From the NCBI RefSeq assembly GCF_009914755.1, contig NC_060931.1: a stretch of DNA of 64,000 nucleotides. One strand, 5' to 3'. The stretch comes from the human T2T-CHM13v2.0 reference genome, Homo sapiens. Below, one piece after another: positions 1 to 16,306 of the stretch. The notes beneath the pieces are model-generated. The model was given only the letters and a program-made list of their open reading frames with translations, was not told where the DNA came from and did no database searches. The stretch's first letter is position 1, and every line of letters begins with the position of its first letter. Both the position numbers and the translations under genes were made by a program.

Positions 1-1
1 T

Positions 2-1570
<1,569 letters not shown>

Positions 1571-3360
1571 GCTGTTATTTCTCTGCAAATGCTTGTCGAT
1601 AGGAAGAGGATTGTGTTCTAATCAGTGAAGGAGTCTCCAGAAAGAGATGGGAGTGGGGCTCCTAACCCCTGGAGGGGTTAGAATTTCATTCCTCTCAGGG
1701 CACCAGGTTCTTGACTCTGGCCTTCCCCTCTCTTTCTCTTTTTAATTCAAAAAATCAGCGCTGTGTTGATGTTACTTTAGGTAAATTAACTTCTTCTGAC
1801 CTCAGTTTTCTTTTCTGAAGTATTCACCCAGGGGAGTCGTAACCTAGATATTAAGCACACACAATGGACTCAGCAGGGCTACTATTTTAATCTCAGCTCA
1901 TCCAGCTGGGAGACTCTGGTCATGTTATTTAACCTTGCCAGCCTCACTTATGCTCACTGTAAAGTGACGGATAATTATACCCACCTCACACATTGTAGAG
2001 AATGAAACAATCTACAGAGCACTAATTGGGGTCTTGACAGGGGGTGAACACTCTGTAATTATAGCCATTATCTCAGAGGCCCCTTCCAGTTCTAAAATGT
2101 TCTGAGACGTCAAATAGAATTATATTTAAGTCATATATATTACAAAAATAGTAATCAACATAGAATAATAGCTTATGATGACATAATGCAGAACTTAATA
2201 AGGAAATGTGGAAGAAGTCTTCTGATCATTTTGCACAAACACTTCCATTACGACAGTGTGTACTCGGTACTTTTTTCCATCTTTTGCCAGTTGCCAGATT
2301 TCTCAGATGAGAAAGAATGCCTAATAAGATTTGAGGTGTAGTTCAGTTGTCCCTGAATACACAAACATTTTCTTTCTATAATGCAGCTAAATTCTGGCCA
2401 CGACTCTCTTATTGCTCCTGTGGGTCACAAAATTGGTGGATGTGCACATGTGAGTCTGTGGCAAGTCACAGCAACAGACACTGTTGTCTCTGCCCTTTAT
2501 GTTCCGAGTCAGACAGAAGACTCTTTGATGATGGCCTAGCAGGTTTTTTTCCAGCTAATTTTGATGCCTGTGTGCTTGAGATGCTATTTCTTACATCATC
2601 AAGCAAACATTACTGGCATAATTTGAAAAATTACAAAATTACAGGGATGTCTCTATTTACTGTTTTGACAGACTGACTTCTCGTTCTCAAGGTGTCTCCC
2701 CTTTTCTTCAAGTGGTAATTTACCAAAAAGTTAGTTACCGATCATTAGTTCCCACATGGACCTAGCCCAGTAGTCTAAATTAAGAGTGAAAAAAGAGGAA
2801 AATCATGTAACTTACCCCCAGTGCAGCCAATAATTTTTCTCAGAAAATAGAGAAACAGAAATGACTAAAGGAGAAATTACTATTAATTTCATTAATAATA
2901 ATAATGTCAACAATAACAATTCCTGCAAAAAAAAACCCTTAGACTTAGTCATGAGATAATGAAGCCTCATTTTATTTTTAAGTAAATACATGCCACATGA
3001 AGAAACAGCAGCTTGTGGTTAGATCTAGAGCCATTCAAATCTCTCCAAGCCTACAAACCTACCATAAAATAAAAAACATTCTGGTATTCATAGGTAAGCA
3101 CATCTGTAGTGAATTTGCTAACTAGGGAAGACAGAGAACAGTCACAGAGGCAGAGACCCCCTTCTCTGTGACTCACCTTTCCACTGGGGCTCTGAGCAAC
3201 CCAGGCCGAGGGAGACCACTTTGTTTCTCCCAAGCCCTGGAGCTAAGTTGGGGAGAGGCTTGGAGATGCTGTGAGGGAAAGACACCAGGAAAAGCTGCAG
3301 ACATTTTTCTAGACCCAGGACTGAGAGCAGGATGCCATTCTTAATCCAAGCACATACCAA

Positions 3361-4899
3361 TCAGCCACTCTTAGGCAGCCCGGCAGCATGGCCACGCAGG
3401 CATTTTAGTCTCAAGCACCTACTCTGAACTATGGAAGGGGCCTCAACAGCCAGAACTGTCGAAAGTGCCTCAGCAGTAGGGCTAGAATTGGGCTCTCTCC
3501 AGTCACAAGCCTGGGGCAGGAAGAGGCTACTACAGCTGCAGTTTCTCCTTGGCAAAAAACAAGCACAAACTAATCTGAAAGCTAGCAGGATAAAAGAAAT
3601 AACTAAAATCAGAGCTGAGGTGAATGAAATCGAGACTCGAAAAATCGAGACCCGAAAATCCGTAAAAAGAATAAACAAAACCAAAAGTTGGTTCTACGAA
3701 AGTATAAACAGGATTGACAGACCACTAGCTAGATTAACAAAGAAAAAAAGAGAGAAGGTCCAATCAAGCACTATCAGAAATGACAAAAGTGACATTACAA
3801 CTCATCCCTCAGAAATACAAAAGATCCTCAGAGACTATTATGAACACCTCTATGCACACAAACTAGAAAATCTAGAGAAAATAAATTTCTGAAAACACAT
3901 AATGTCCCAAGATTGAATAAGGAAGAAATTGAAACACTGAACAAACTAATGTCGAGTTCCAAAATTGAATCAGTATAAAAAACTTACCAATCATAAAAAG
4001 CCCTGGACCAGACAGATTCACTGCTGAATTCTACCAGATGTACAAAGAAGAGCTGGTACCAATTCTACTGAAACTATTCCAAAAAAACAAATAGGAGGGA
4101 CTGCTCCCTAACTCATTCCACAAAGCCAGCATCACCCTGATACCAAAATCTGGCAAAGACACAATGAAAAAAGAAAACTACAGGCCAATATTCCTGATGA
4201 ACATAGACACAAAAAGCCTCAACAAAATACTGAATTCAAAAACACATCAAAAAGTTAATTCACCATGATCAAGTAGGCTTGTTTCCTGGGATGCAAGGTT
4301 AGTTCAACATATGCAAATCAATACATGTGATTGACCACATAAACAGAGTTAAAAACAAAAACCATAAAATCATCTCAATAGATGCAGAAAAAGCTTTTGA
4401 TAAATCCCACATCCCTTCATGACAAAAACTCTCAAGAAACTAGGCATCAAAGAACATACCTCAAAATAATAAGAGCCATCTATTGACAAACTCACAGCCA
4501 ACATCACACCAAATTGGCAAAAACTAGAATCATTTCCCATGAGAACTGGAACAAGACAAGGATGCCCACTCTCACCACTTGTATTCAACATAGTAATGGA
4601 ATTGCTGGCGAGAGCAACTGGGCAAGAGAAAGAAATAAAAGGGATCCAAATAGGAAAATAAAAAGTCAAATTATCTCTCTTCACTGATGATATAATTCTA
4701 TACTTAGAAAACCCTAAGGACCCTGCCAAAAGGCTATTAGAACTGATCATTTTAGTAAGGTTTCAGGATATAAAATTAATGTACAAAAAACAATAGCATT
4801 TCTATACACCAATAATGTTCAAGCCGAGAATCAAATCAAGAATGCAAACCCATTTACAATAGCCACAGTGCAAACCCAATTACAATAGTACCCCTGCTG

Positions 4900-4930
<31 letters not shown>

Positions 4931-6661
4931 TACCTAGGAACACATCTAGCCAAGGAAGTGAAAGAACTCAACAAGGAGAACTACAAAACTCTGCTAAAAG
5001 AAATCACAGATGATACAAACAAATGGAAAGACATTCCCTGCTCGTGAATTGGGAGAATCAATATTATTAAAATGGCCATACTGCCCAAAACAATCTACAG
5101 ATTCAAAGCTATTCCTATGAGACTACCAATGTCAATTTTCACAGAATTGGGAAAAAAAACTATGCTAAAATTTATACAGAACCAAAAGAGCCCAGATAGC
5201 CAAAGAAATTTCAAGCAAAAAGAACAAAGCCAGAGGCATCACATTACCTACCTTCAAACTATACTATAAGGCTACAGTAAACAAAACAGCATGGTACTGG
5301 TACAAAAACAGACACATAGACCAGTGGAACAGAAGAGAGAATCAAAAAGTAAAGCCATACACCTATAGCCATCTGATCTTTGACAAAGTTGACAAAAATA
5401 AGCAATGAGGAAAAGACTGCCTATTGAATAAATGATACTGGGATAACTGGTTAGCCATATGCAGAAGAATGAAACTGGATTTTCACCTCCATCATATAAA
5501 AAATTAACTCAAAATGAATTAAAGATTTAAATGTAAGACCTCAAACTATAAGACTCCTAGAAGAAAACCTAGGAAACACCATTCTGGACATTGACTTTGG
5601 GAAAGAATTTATGACTAAGTCCTCAAAAGCAATCACAAAAAAATTATGACAAGTGGGACCTAATTAAACTAAAGAGCTTCTGCAGAGCAAAAAAAACTAT
5701 TAACAGAATAAAAAGACAACCTACAGAATAGGAGAAAATATTTGCAAACTATGCATCTAACAAAGGGCTACTATCCAGAATCCATAAGGAATTTAATTCA
5801 ACAAGGAAAACACAGAAAACCCTATTTAAAAATGGGCAAAGAATACGAACAGACACTTCTCAAAAGAAGACATACAAGCCAGCAACAAACATGAAAAATG
5901 CTCCACATTAGTAATCATCAGAGAAATGCAAATCCAAACCACAATGAGATATCATCTCACACCAGTCAGAGCAGCTATTATTAATGTCAGAAAAACAACA
6001 GATGTTGGCAAGGTTGTGGAGAAAAGGGAATGCTTACACACTGTTGATGGGAATGCAAATTAATTAAGTCACCATGGAAAGCAGTTTAGAGATTTCTCAA
6101 AGAACTTAAAACAGAAATTCCATTTGCAGCAATCCCATTATTGGGTATATACCCAAAGGAAAACAAATCATTCTACCAAAAGGACACATGTACTTGCATG
6201 TTCATCGCAGCACTATTCACAATAGCAAAGACAGGGAATCAACACAGGTGCCCCTCAGTGGTGGATTGGATAAAGAAAATGTAGTATATACACACCATAG
6301 AATACTACATAGCCATACAGAAGAATGAAAGTATGTGATTTGCAGCAATATGGATGCAGCTGGAGGCCATTTCCCTAAGCAAATTAACATAGGAATAGAA
6401 AACCAAATACCACATGTTCTCACTTATAAATAGGAGTTAAACATTGGGTACTCATGAACATAAAGATGACAACAATATAGACACTGGGGACTACTGGAGC
6501 AGGAAGGGAAAGGGGGACAAGGGTTGAAAAACTAACTGTTGGGTACCATGTTCAGTACCTGGGTGACAGGATCATTCTTACCCAAAACTTCAGCATCATG
6601 CAATATATCCAGGCAACAAACCTGCATATGTACCCCTGAATCTAAAATAAAAGTTGAAAAA
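3361..6661 (+). mobile_element. L1 (L1PA15/16-like): ORF2 from ~3554 plus 3' UTR, preceded by a probable L1 5' UTR fragment
   Basis: Decayed ORF2 ([28 protein letters not shown] motifs), L1PA15/16-type 3' UTR and A-tail at ~6645-6661; (CA)n at 4899-4927; 5' UTR assignment is from memory. Confidence 0.85.
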
Positions 6662-7630
6662 TACATATATTCCATAGTACCAGTAAATTATGCAGGATTT
6701 CTCAAAACAGATAACATGCACAATGACATTTAGAATCATATTACTCTATCTTGATACTGTTTTGCCATCTGCAAGACTCTACAATTAATGCATCCTGCTG
6801 TAACTTTACTATTTTGTCAAACTGGAATATTGTATGTAGGTCCAAAGGCTTTGTGTTGTAGACACTTAATGGATAAATTGATTTAGAAAACGGAACCAAG
6901 ACAAATTCCAGAAAATTCAGGGCATGTTAAAATATTTGGCATTCAAATAGATGACCTGTTATAAAGCCTACATATTTGTATACTTTTTGAAAGGGACTGG
7001 ACCCCAGAGCCAGATGAACTAAGTTCTACTAAGCTTTGACACTGGAGAATTTAACTTCTCTGTGACTCAGTTTTTTCATTAGTAAAGTGGGGATAGGAGT
7101 AGTACATATCATAGGGTTGTAAGGAGAACTAAAAGTGAGCTAACATGTGTAAAACACTTAGAATGGTGTCTGGCACATAGTAAATACTATATGGGAATCA
7201 GCTGTTTTTACTTCTCAGGTACTAGAGGTAGGAGCTCCAGTAAGGTGCCATTTTAGCATGACCAATACAAACAAGTCCCTTGGTTTGGCACTTCAGGATT
7301 CCTGAACCCAAAGATCCAACTGGGCTAATGACCTAAGCTAACAGATGAGCCCTTCTATTAGCAACATAATGAGTTTGGAGTTCTCTCCTCCAAATGCCTT
7401 CAACCCTAAACATCCTAAACATCCAGGTGCCGGAGGAGAGCATGCTCTGGATCAGCAGCTAGTAATTAATGAAGAGACACCATTAGGAGCCCATCTATGG
7501 ATACCACTTTGCAGAAAAGAGTGATACAGTAGAGTCTACCGATAATAACACTTATAAAACATTTTCGATAATTGAAAAGCACTTCAAGATTCAATAATAT
7601 TTCAGAACTGTTGTTATGAGCATTAGTTAT

Positions 7631-8013
7631 TGATATGGTTTGGATTTGTGTCCCTGCCCAAATCTCATGACAGATTGTAGACCCCAGTGTTAGAGGAGGG
7701 GCCTGGTAGCAGGTGATTGGTTCATGGGGACAGATTTCCCCCTTGCTGTTCTCATGATAGTGAGTGAGTTCTCACGAGATCTGGTTGTTTAAAAGTGTAT
7801 GGCACCTCCCTCTTCTCTTTCTTCCTCCTGCTCTGGCACATAAGACGTGCCTCCTTCCTCTTTGCCTTCCGTCATAATTGTAAGTTTCCTGAGACCTCCC
7901 CTGCCATGCTTCCTGTACAGCCTGTGGAAGAGTGAGCCAATTAAACCTTTTTTCTTTATAAATTACCCAGTCTCAGGTAGTTCTTTATAGCAATGCCAGA
8001 ACAGACTAATACA
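7631..8013 (+). mobile_element. MST-family MaLR solo LTR
   Basis: TGATATGGTTTGG...GACTAATACA termini; 5-bp TSD GTTAT. Confidence 0.9.
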
Positions 8014-8063
8014 GTTATCACCATATTATAGAGATACAGGCATGCATAGAAAGATAACAACTT

Positions 8064-8324
8064 GGCTGGGTGCCAGGGGCTCATGCCTGTAATCCCAGTG
8101 CTTTGGGAGGCCAAGGCAGAAGTATTACTTGAGGCCAGGAGCTCAAGACCAGTCTGAGCAACATAACAAGACCCTGTCTATACAAACATAAATTTTTTTT
8201 TTTAAATTAGCTAAGTGTGATGATGCACACCTGTAGTCCTAGCTACTCAGTGGGCTGAGACAGGAGGATCACTTGAGCCCAGGAGTTCAAGGCTGCAGTG
8301 AGCTATGAACAACAGAACAAGACT
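8064..8324 (+). mobile_element. Alu (AluJ-like)
   Basis: Diverged dimeric Alu; tail replaced by a GGAA repeat. Confidence 0.9.
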
Positions 8325-8326
8325 AA

Positions 8327-8483
8327 GGAAGGAAGGAAGGAAGGAAGGAAGGAAGGAAGGAAGGAAGGAAGGAAGGAAGGAAGGAAGGAAGGAAGGAAAG
8401 AAAGAGAAGGGGAAAGGGAAGGGGAAGGGAGGGGAGGGGAGGGAAGGGAAAGGAAGGAGGGAGAGAGGGAGGGAGGGAGGGAG
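8327..8483 (+). repeat. (GGAA)18 microsatellite (8327-8398) followed by a pure purine tract
   Basis: Directly counted. Confidence 0.97.
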
Positions 8484-8499
8484 GCTTTACTATTTTACA

Positions 8500-8940
8500 T
8501 TGCCACTAGCAATATATGAGTGATTCATTTTGTCCATATCCTCACCAGCATTCATCACTGTTATTTTTCATTTTAGCCATTCTGATAGGCATGTAGAGAT
8601 ATCTCATTGTGGTTTTTACTTTGCATACCTCTAATGCCTTGTTATGTTGAACATCTTCTCATGTGCTGATTTGACATCTGTGTAGTTTCTTCAGTGAATA
8701 CTTTTTCTTGCCTTTTGCCCATTTTCTAATTGAATTATTTGGTTTTTATTGCTATGTTTTGAAAATTCTTTATATATTCTAAATACTGGTCCTTTATCAG
8801 ATATGTGGTTTGAAAATATTTTCTCCCAGTCTCTAGCTTATCTTTTCATCTCCTTGACATAGACTTTCTCAAAGCAAAAGTTTTTAAGATCCAATTGATC
8901 AATTTTCCCTTTTATGAATTATGCTTTTGATGTCAAATTT
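8500..8940 (-). mobile_element. Old L1 ORF2 fragment, antisense
   Basis: Reverse complement of the L1 ORF2 C-terminal region. Confidence 0.75.
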
Positions 8941-8973
8941 AGAACCCCACAGTAACAGTCATCACACTAGAAG

Positions 8974-9083
8974 TAGGGTGAGCTATTCATCCAGGTTTCC
9001 CCAGGACTTTCCTGACTTTAGCACTGAAAGTTTCACATTCTGGGAAACCCTTCAGTTCCAGAGAAACCATGATGATCACCCAA
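8974..9083. mobile_element. MER81-like hAT MITE
   Basis: TAGGGTGA...TCACCCAA inverted termini; near-perfect 8-bp TSD ACTAGAAG/ACTAGAAC. Confidence 0.75.
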
Positions 9084-9439
9084 ACTAGAACCTGCCCCTC
9101 TTTTGCACCAAAGCAACAGTGAAGGGGCTAGTTCACTTTTAGGAACAGGAAGACAGCATATACTGTGACTTAGAACCAGTACATGAGATCACTATACATG
9201 AGTACATTGTGACGCTGCAAGGTTATGCCATGTGCAATGGTAACTTTGCCATTTCCTCCTTTACTATAATGGGCTTGATGCTCTAGAAAGGTGGGCTGGC
9301 AGGGAAACAGAGAGCTTCACTTACATGCTCATCCCTTAGATCCTGCGCCCCCCATTCTGGAGTCTGGACCTGGGACAGCTCTTCTCCCAATTCCCACCCA
9401 CATCCTCCCCCATGTAGTTCAATCCTTTGAGCCAGGGTC

Positions 9440-10170
9440 CTCTATCCTGGCTGCACACCAGAATCCCCTAAGCAGCTCTGCAAAAATGCTCATGACTGGG
9501 CTTCCTCTCCAACCAATTAAATTTGATTCCCTGGGAGTGGGGCCCAGGCATTTATCAATTGTAAAAAATCCTCAAGTGATTCCAGTGTGTGGCTAGGGTT
9601 GAGCCTCCCTGCTCCAGGCTCTAGGAGTGTAAACCGAGGGGGAGCAGGGATGAGATCTGTCTGCTACCACTGTACCCACAGCACCTGGTACAGTGCCCAC
9701 CTGTAGTAGGCCTCTGATATATATTTGGTAATTTTTTAAATGAGTGAATAATACAGAAATGATCAAAGACTGGGACCAAATACCACTTACTTTGTCTCTG
9801 CTGCTTGAAACCGAAGAATCAAATCAGGTGCAAGATAAACTGTAAGATAAGCCTACCTAAAACTAGACTGTCCCCACACCCTTCCTAATCTCCCAGAAAA
9901 GCTACTGGAGTTGAAAAGTCAAGAAATTCCTCATTGCATCAATGGGCATTTTTATTCCCATCATGTTACAAATGGATATTTGGCTCTGGGACAGTGAGAG
10001 TGCACCTCGTCTCCAGGTGAGTTAGAATCCAGAGCCCCTGGTGGCATCAGCCTCACCAGGGAGCTGGCTAGAAATGCAGATTGTCAGGCCCCATTCCAGA
10101 CCAACTGAATTAGAATCTATTTTAATAAGAACCCCAGTCATCCACATGCTCACTAAAATTTGGGAAGCAC
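9440..10170. mobile_element. Two MER5-like hAT-Charlie fragments (~9440-9612, ~10030-10170) around an L2 fragment
   Basis: MER5 motifs (GGGGCCCAGGCAT; AGAAATGCAGATT...CAGGCCCC). Confidence 0.6.
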
Positions 10171-13100
10171 CCATCCAAACCAAATGACTGAGAAGTGATC
10201 ATGGGAGAGAATCAGGTAGCTGTCCTGGAAGAGCAATGACCCCGCATCCCTCGCCCCAACCAAGCCTGTGAAGGAAAGAGACCCTCAATGAGGTCGGGGA
10301 AAGAGAAAGGGGTGGAGCCATACACAGAGGTCAAATCACAGCATTATTGGCCTTCACAAAATCCTGTGAGGCATCTTAGGACTTGAATCCTTAACCTTTC
10401 AAGTCTAAGCCTTGAGCTTGGAAGATTCATGAGCAAGCAAATGGATGCAGCAGAGAAGAAGAACCTGCAGATGCCGTGTCATGTGTTTTTAATTTCCTGA
10501 AGGATTTGGGTGATGACAGGGCTAAGTATCATCCTGAGATGGACTGGAGAATGTGGCAGTGTCTCTGAATTACCCGGCAGCAGAGGCAAGCTCCCTGGAG
10601 TTGCTGTGGGAGGCAGGGTGGGTGGGCCTCCTTGCTCCCTCCCCCACGTGGCCAGAGTTTTGTAATTCCCACATGACGTCCACTGTGCTGGGCAGTCCCC
10701 TCACAGCACAAGGCCCCTTAGAAACCTTTGCTTGTCTCTGTCCCGTCCAGCATTTTAGTTAGCATGTCAGCATCCTCACCAGTGTTTACGATTGGGAGCT
10801 TATTATTTTCATCACTTACTTCTTTCTAAAAGCAGCCATTGCTGGAGTTTGATGATGAAAAGGGATGGCTGTGGTCATTTTGTACATCAGGGGCACTTAT
10901 ACCTGCAAGGAAATAATTTATTTTTTGCAAATTCTAGATACCTGATTGTACTCCTTTATGCAATTTTCTCTAGATTCTAGTATTATCTATGCATCCCTTC
11001 CTGCAGAGACAATAGCTTATGCCCACCACAAGTTTATAGAGAACAGCCCCCAAACTAGGGTAAACATTGAGGAAAGAGCTAAAACCTCAACAAACTTCAT
11101 CCTAAGTCCCTCTCTGCCCTCAATCCTAACCTGAGTGTGGTGGCAGAGACACAGAAGCACCAGAATGGGCTCTCTCAGGTAGAAACTGTGCTGAAACAAT
11201 TATGCTTTGCTCTTGATGAAATTGGTTAAACTATTTGCTGCTTTACAACATCATATACGGAAAACATTTTTCTTGCCTAGACATGGCTTGAGGCGGTTTT
11301 TGCATTCTGCATCAGGAGGAAATTGATTAATGTGAATGTTTTAGCTGTGGTTGTTGTTTGTGTATAAACTTTTGTTGAAACAAGTAGGACAGAATAAATG
11401 ACCTTTATGTAGACACCTATTAAGGCACTAAAAGGCTTGGCTACATTCATCTGAGACGCGTACACATAACGAGTAGAACAATAAGGGGATCAGCAGCTGC
11501 AAGGAGTTGAATTGAATTCTTCAACAATAGAAAAGTTTTTCAGACCCAAATACCAGCAATCAAAGAGAATTTTTGCAGATAATCCAAGAGAAAGAAAATA
11601 AAAAAAAAAATGCTAGCCAACTTTGCACCAGTTAGCATAAGGTTGCCATCTGAAACATGTCAGCTTAAGAGCAGACCATACCTCCATTCTTTTGCCCAAC
11701 TGCAGTATTCAGAACTGTTTCCCCAAATAATCCCAGATGGCACACCACAAAATTTCAATTCATTTTAAAAGCTTTCTTTGCTGTTATTATGTGATTGAAA
11801 GTGCAAAAGCAAGTTGCCATTCTCATGGCACTATTTGCATTGACTATTATCCCCTAAAATCCCCTTTAAACAGCTACATTGTCAGCCCATAGGCCTCATT
11901 TAGAACTACAAAAAAGCCCAGATTAATTCGATCAAAGAAAGAGCCAAGTACAAAATGCACTTTTCAAACTGTATCAGAGTGGGTTCGCTTTACAGATCGC
12001 TTTGGGGCAAGAACCGCAGGGGAAAGAAAGTCCTGAAATAAAGCTTGGTTACGAAGCGAAATAACTAGGTTTGGCTCCCTGATTTATTTGAGCATCTCAA
12101 GGCGAAATCTCCAATTAAGAATTCTTCGAGGGAAATGTATTTAAATATAAATGCTGAAACAGATCCCCACAAATTGCAGCATCCCATTTGCTTTCAGCCA
12201 TTGGCTTTCAGCCACCATTCTCAGGGGCAGCTTGAAGCCCTGCCTGGGTAACCTGGTTAGTAGGAGGCATTTCTGAAATCTCACACTCTGAATCAAGCCA
12301 AAGTACTTTACACTTGTAAAAATGTCTATCTGACTTTTCTCAGCCCATCCCAGAGGAAATGTTTTACGTTACCACAAGAAAATAAATTGCTGGAAAACAA
12401 TGATGACACCATTTCTTTCAGCAAAACAAAACATGCTAGGATTCAGGTCGAATTCCGCGATGATCCGCCTGCTGCAAGCCCAGGTTCTTACAGGAACGCT
12501 GACCGGGCTGTCTGCTGGTCGCGTGGTGTGCTGTTTGTTTTAGTCTCACCTGGGGGTCTGAAGGTGGGGGAGAAGGTTGGGGTGAGCCAAGCTGGAGTTT
12601 GGATTTCTTAGGGACTCTCCATTAGTTTCCTAGGCAGGGTTTGCAGCGTCTGTCACCACTGAAGATGGTGCAGCGGCGCGCTGCAGCCGGCATGCTGCAC
12701 CGAAGCTGTACCCTTCAACGGCTACTTTTGTGTGCTGAGAACATTTTACTGAGGAGGGAACGGCTGCACAAAGGTAGGGCTACAGGGCATGTGCAGCAAG
12801 ATGTGCAACTGCCTCTTCAGGGACTGAGCAGGACCCAGAAAGCACTGAAAATAGGCAGCTCCAGCAAATATGAAAGTCATCTGCAGGAATGAGCAACCAG
12901 GGATGATTTTTGCCAGTTTTTTGGGCTCAATCTTTTGCACCAGAAGAAATGAACTCAAAATCCTGGGCTGTCTGCTGCTCCCCAAACCCACTCTGGAAAC
13001 AAAAGACCATGATGCTGCTCTAATCATCACACAAAATGTTTAGAAAGGGTGCTATTACAAGGGGCTCCAATCTGAATACCCTGATCCAAACTTCTTGGTC

Positions 13101-14555
13101 ACATGCTTAGCTAGAAATTGACAGAGCTAATAAGATATTCAAATTGCACATAGGTGTTCACCACCCCCAGCCACCAAATCCTTCTAACCATCTTGAGAAT
13201 TATCTAGAGAAAACAAATATGGATGCAAAACTCTGCAAACTGAAAATGTTACCCCACCTCCACCCCTGGAGTCAGGAAGGCAGGGAAAGAAGTCAGTGGT
13301 GAGCACATACACAGGAAAGAGAATATGGAATTGAATTGTTTTCAGTGATGGAAAATATTCAGTTTTCCCCAAATCTTCTAAATTATTTGCAGTCCTGATA
13401 GTCCTAACTATTAATTACAGCAATACAGTACAAAGAAAAAGAGTTCTGGTTTTTTGAGAGCTGTATAAACTTTCTGAAATTCTGCAAACCTAAACCTGTC
13501 AAGGAAAGGTAGAAAGGCAACCACATGTGTTGATTCCTTAGGAGACAAACTATGTCACTGTGAGAAAATACACTCCAAGGAATTTATTTCTAGTGAGTTT
13601 CAATAGAGTGTTAACTGGTAGGAATGAGAATGTTTGCTGTGACTTTTTAAGTCTCACTGGAGCCCTAGATGAAAATACAATGACTTCCTTTTGATGATAA
13701 ATATTTGTTTGATGATGAGTCAAGAATATTCTAAGCAAAATGAGAAAGGAAGATCAGCGCCTTCCTCATTACCACCAATGCAGGCTTCAGAGACCAAGGT
13801 GATTCCACCAGCACTCAGAAGAACATTGTTTAAGACAAATCTAAGCGGGTTTTTTTTTCCCCCCATGGGAATGCGAGAATAAGAGAAAGGATGCCATGGT
13901 ATATTGTAAAAGTCTTCTTAGGAGCTCTGAATTCTAGTCCTGGCTCTGCCTCTAAGTAACAGAATGACCTTGAACTAGTCACTTTATCTCTCTAGTCCTT
14001 ACTTTCCTCATCTATAAAATGAGAAAGCTAAACTAGATGATTTCCAAGGGCAGCCCCAAACATAACGTCAAAGAATGATGAGGGCATTCCTCTGGAGAGT
14101 GCATATAATTGTAATATAATGGTTCTAGAATATGCTTCTTGTTTTGTGTGCTTTCTACATAACAGAAGCACCTTCCTGGCACAGTATGGAGATTTGAAGG
14201 TTTTCTCTTAGCCTCTTAGAGGCTCCAGTCCTCTCTATGCTACACAAATGAATTAACTTGAATGTGGTCAATTTAAAATCTTCAGCCATGTTAGTCACGA
14301 CTAACTGAACCAACTGACCCAAAATCCAAATCCTCCTTAGGAAATCCTGCATTACCTATCAAGGCCACCAGCCTCCAACTGTTAGTCCTCTGGAAACAGC
14401 CTTTATGTCTTCTTCTGTCAAATGGGAAAACAGGATGCCATTAAAAAAAATTATTTGACAAATACATCTCTTGGACATTTTGTATTTATAAAGAAGTCTT
14501 TAGTTATAAATACTTCCATTACCAGTATCAGTATCCATGAACTTATTCAAGAAAT

Positions 14556-14887
<332 letters not shown>

Positions 14888-15160
14888 TAGTTTGTGCCAA
14901 GCACTCTTCTTATATTTATAGGTAAGTAAATACAAGAGCAAAAAAGAATGACAAGTTCTCTGCTATCACGGAGCTCACGCTGTAATGGGGGCGAGGCAAA
15001 GAAAATAAACAAGCAAAGATAAAATTAGAGATAGGGAGATGTGATAGATACCGGATGGACTCTTTGAGATGACCTTTAGGCTAAGCTACGCATCACAAGA
15101 ACCAGTCATACACACATCGGGGAGAAGAGCATTCTGGGCAGAGGGAACAGCTAGTGCAAA

Positions 15161-16306
<1,146 letters not shown>

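Noticed and set aside
8298-8523. KEGR-repeat ORFs
   Set aside because: Translations of the GGAA microsatellite.
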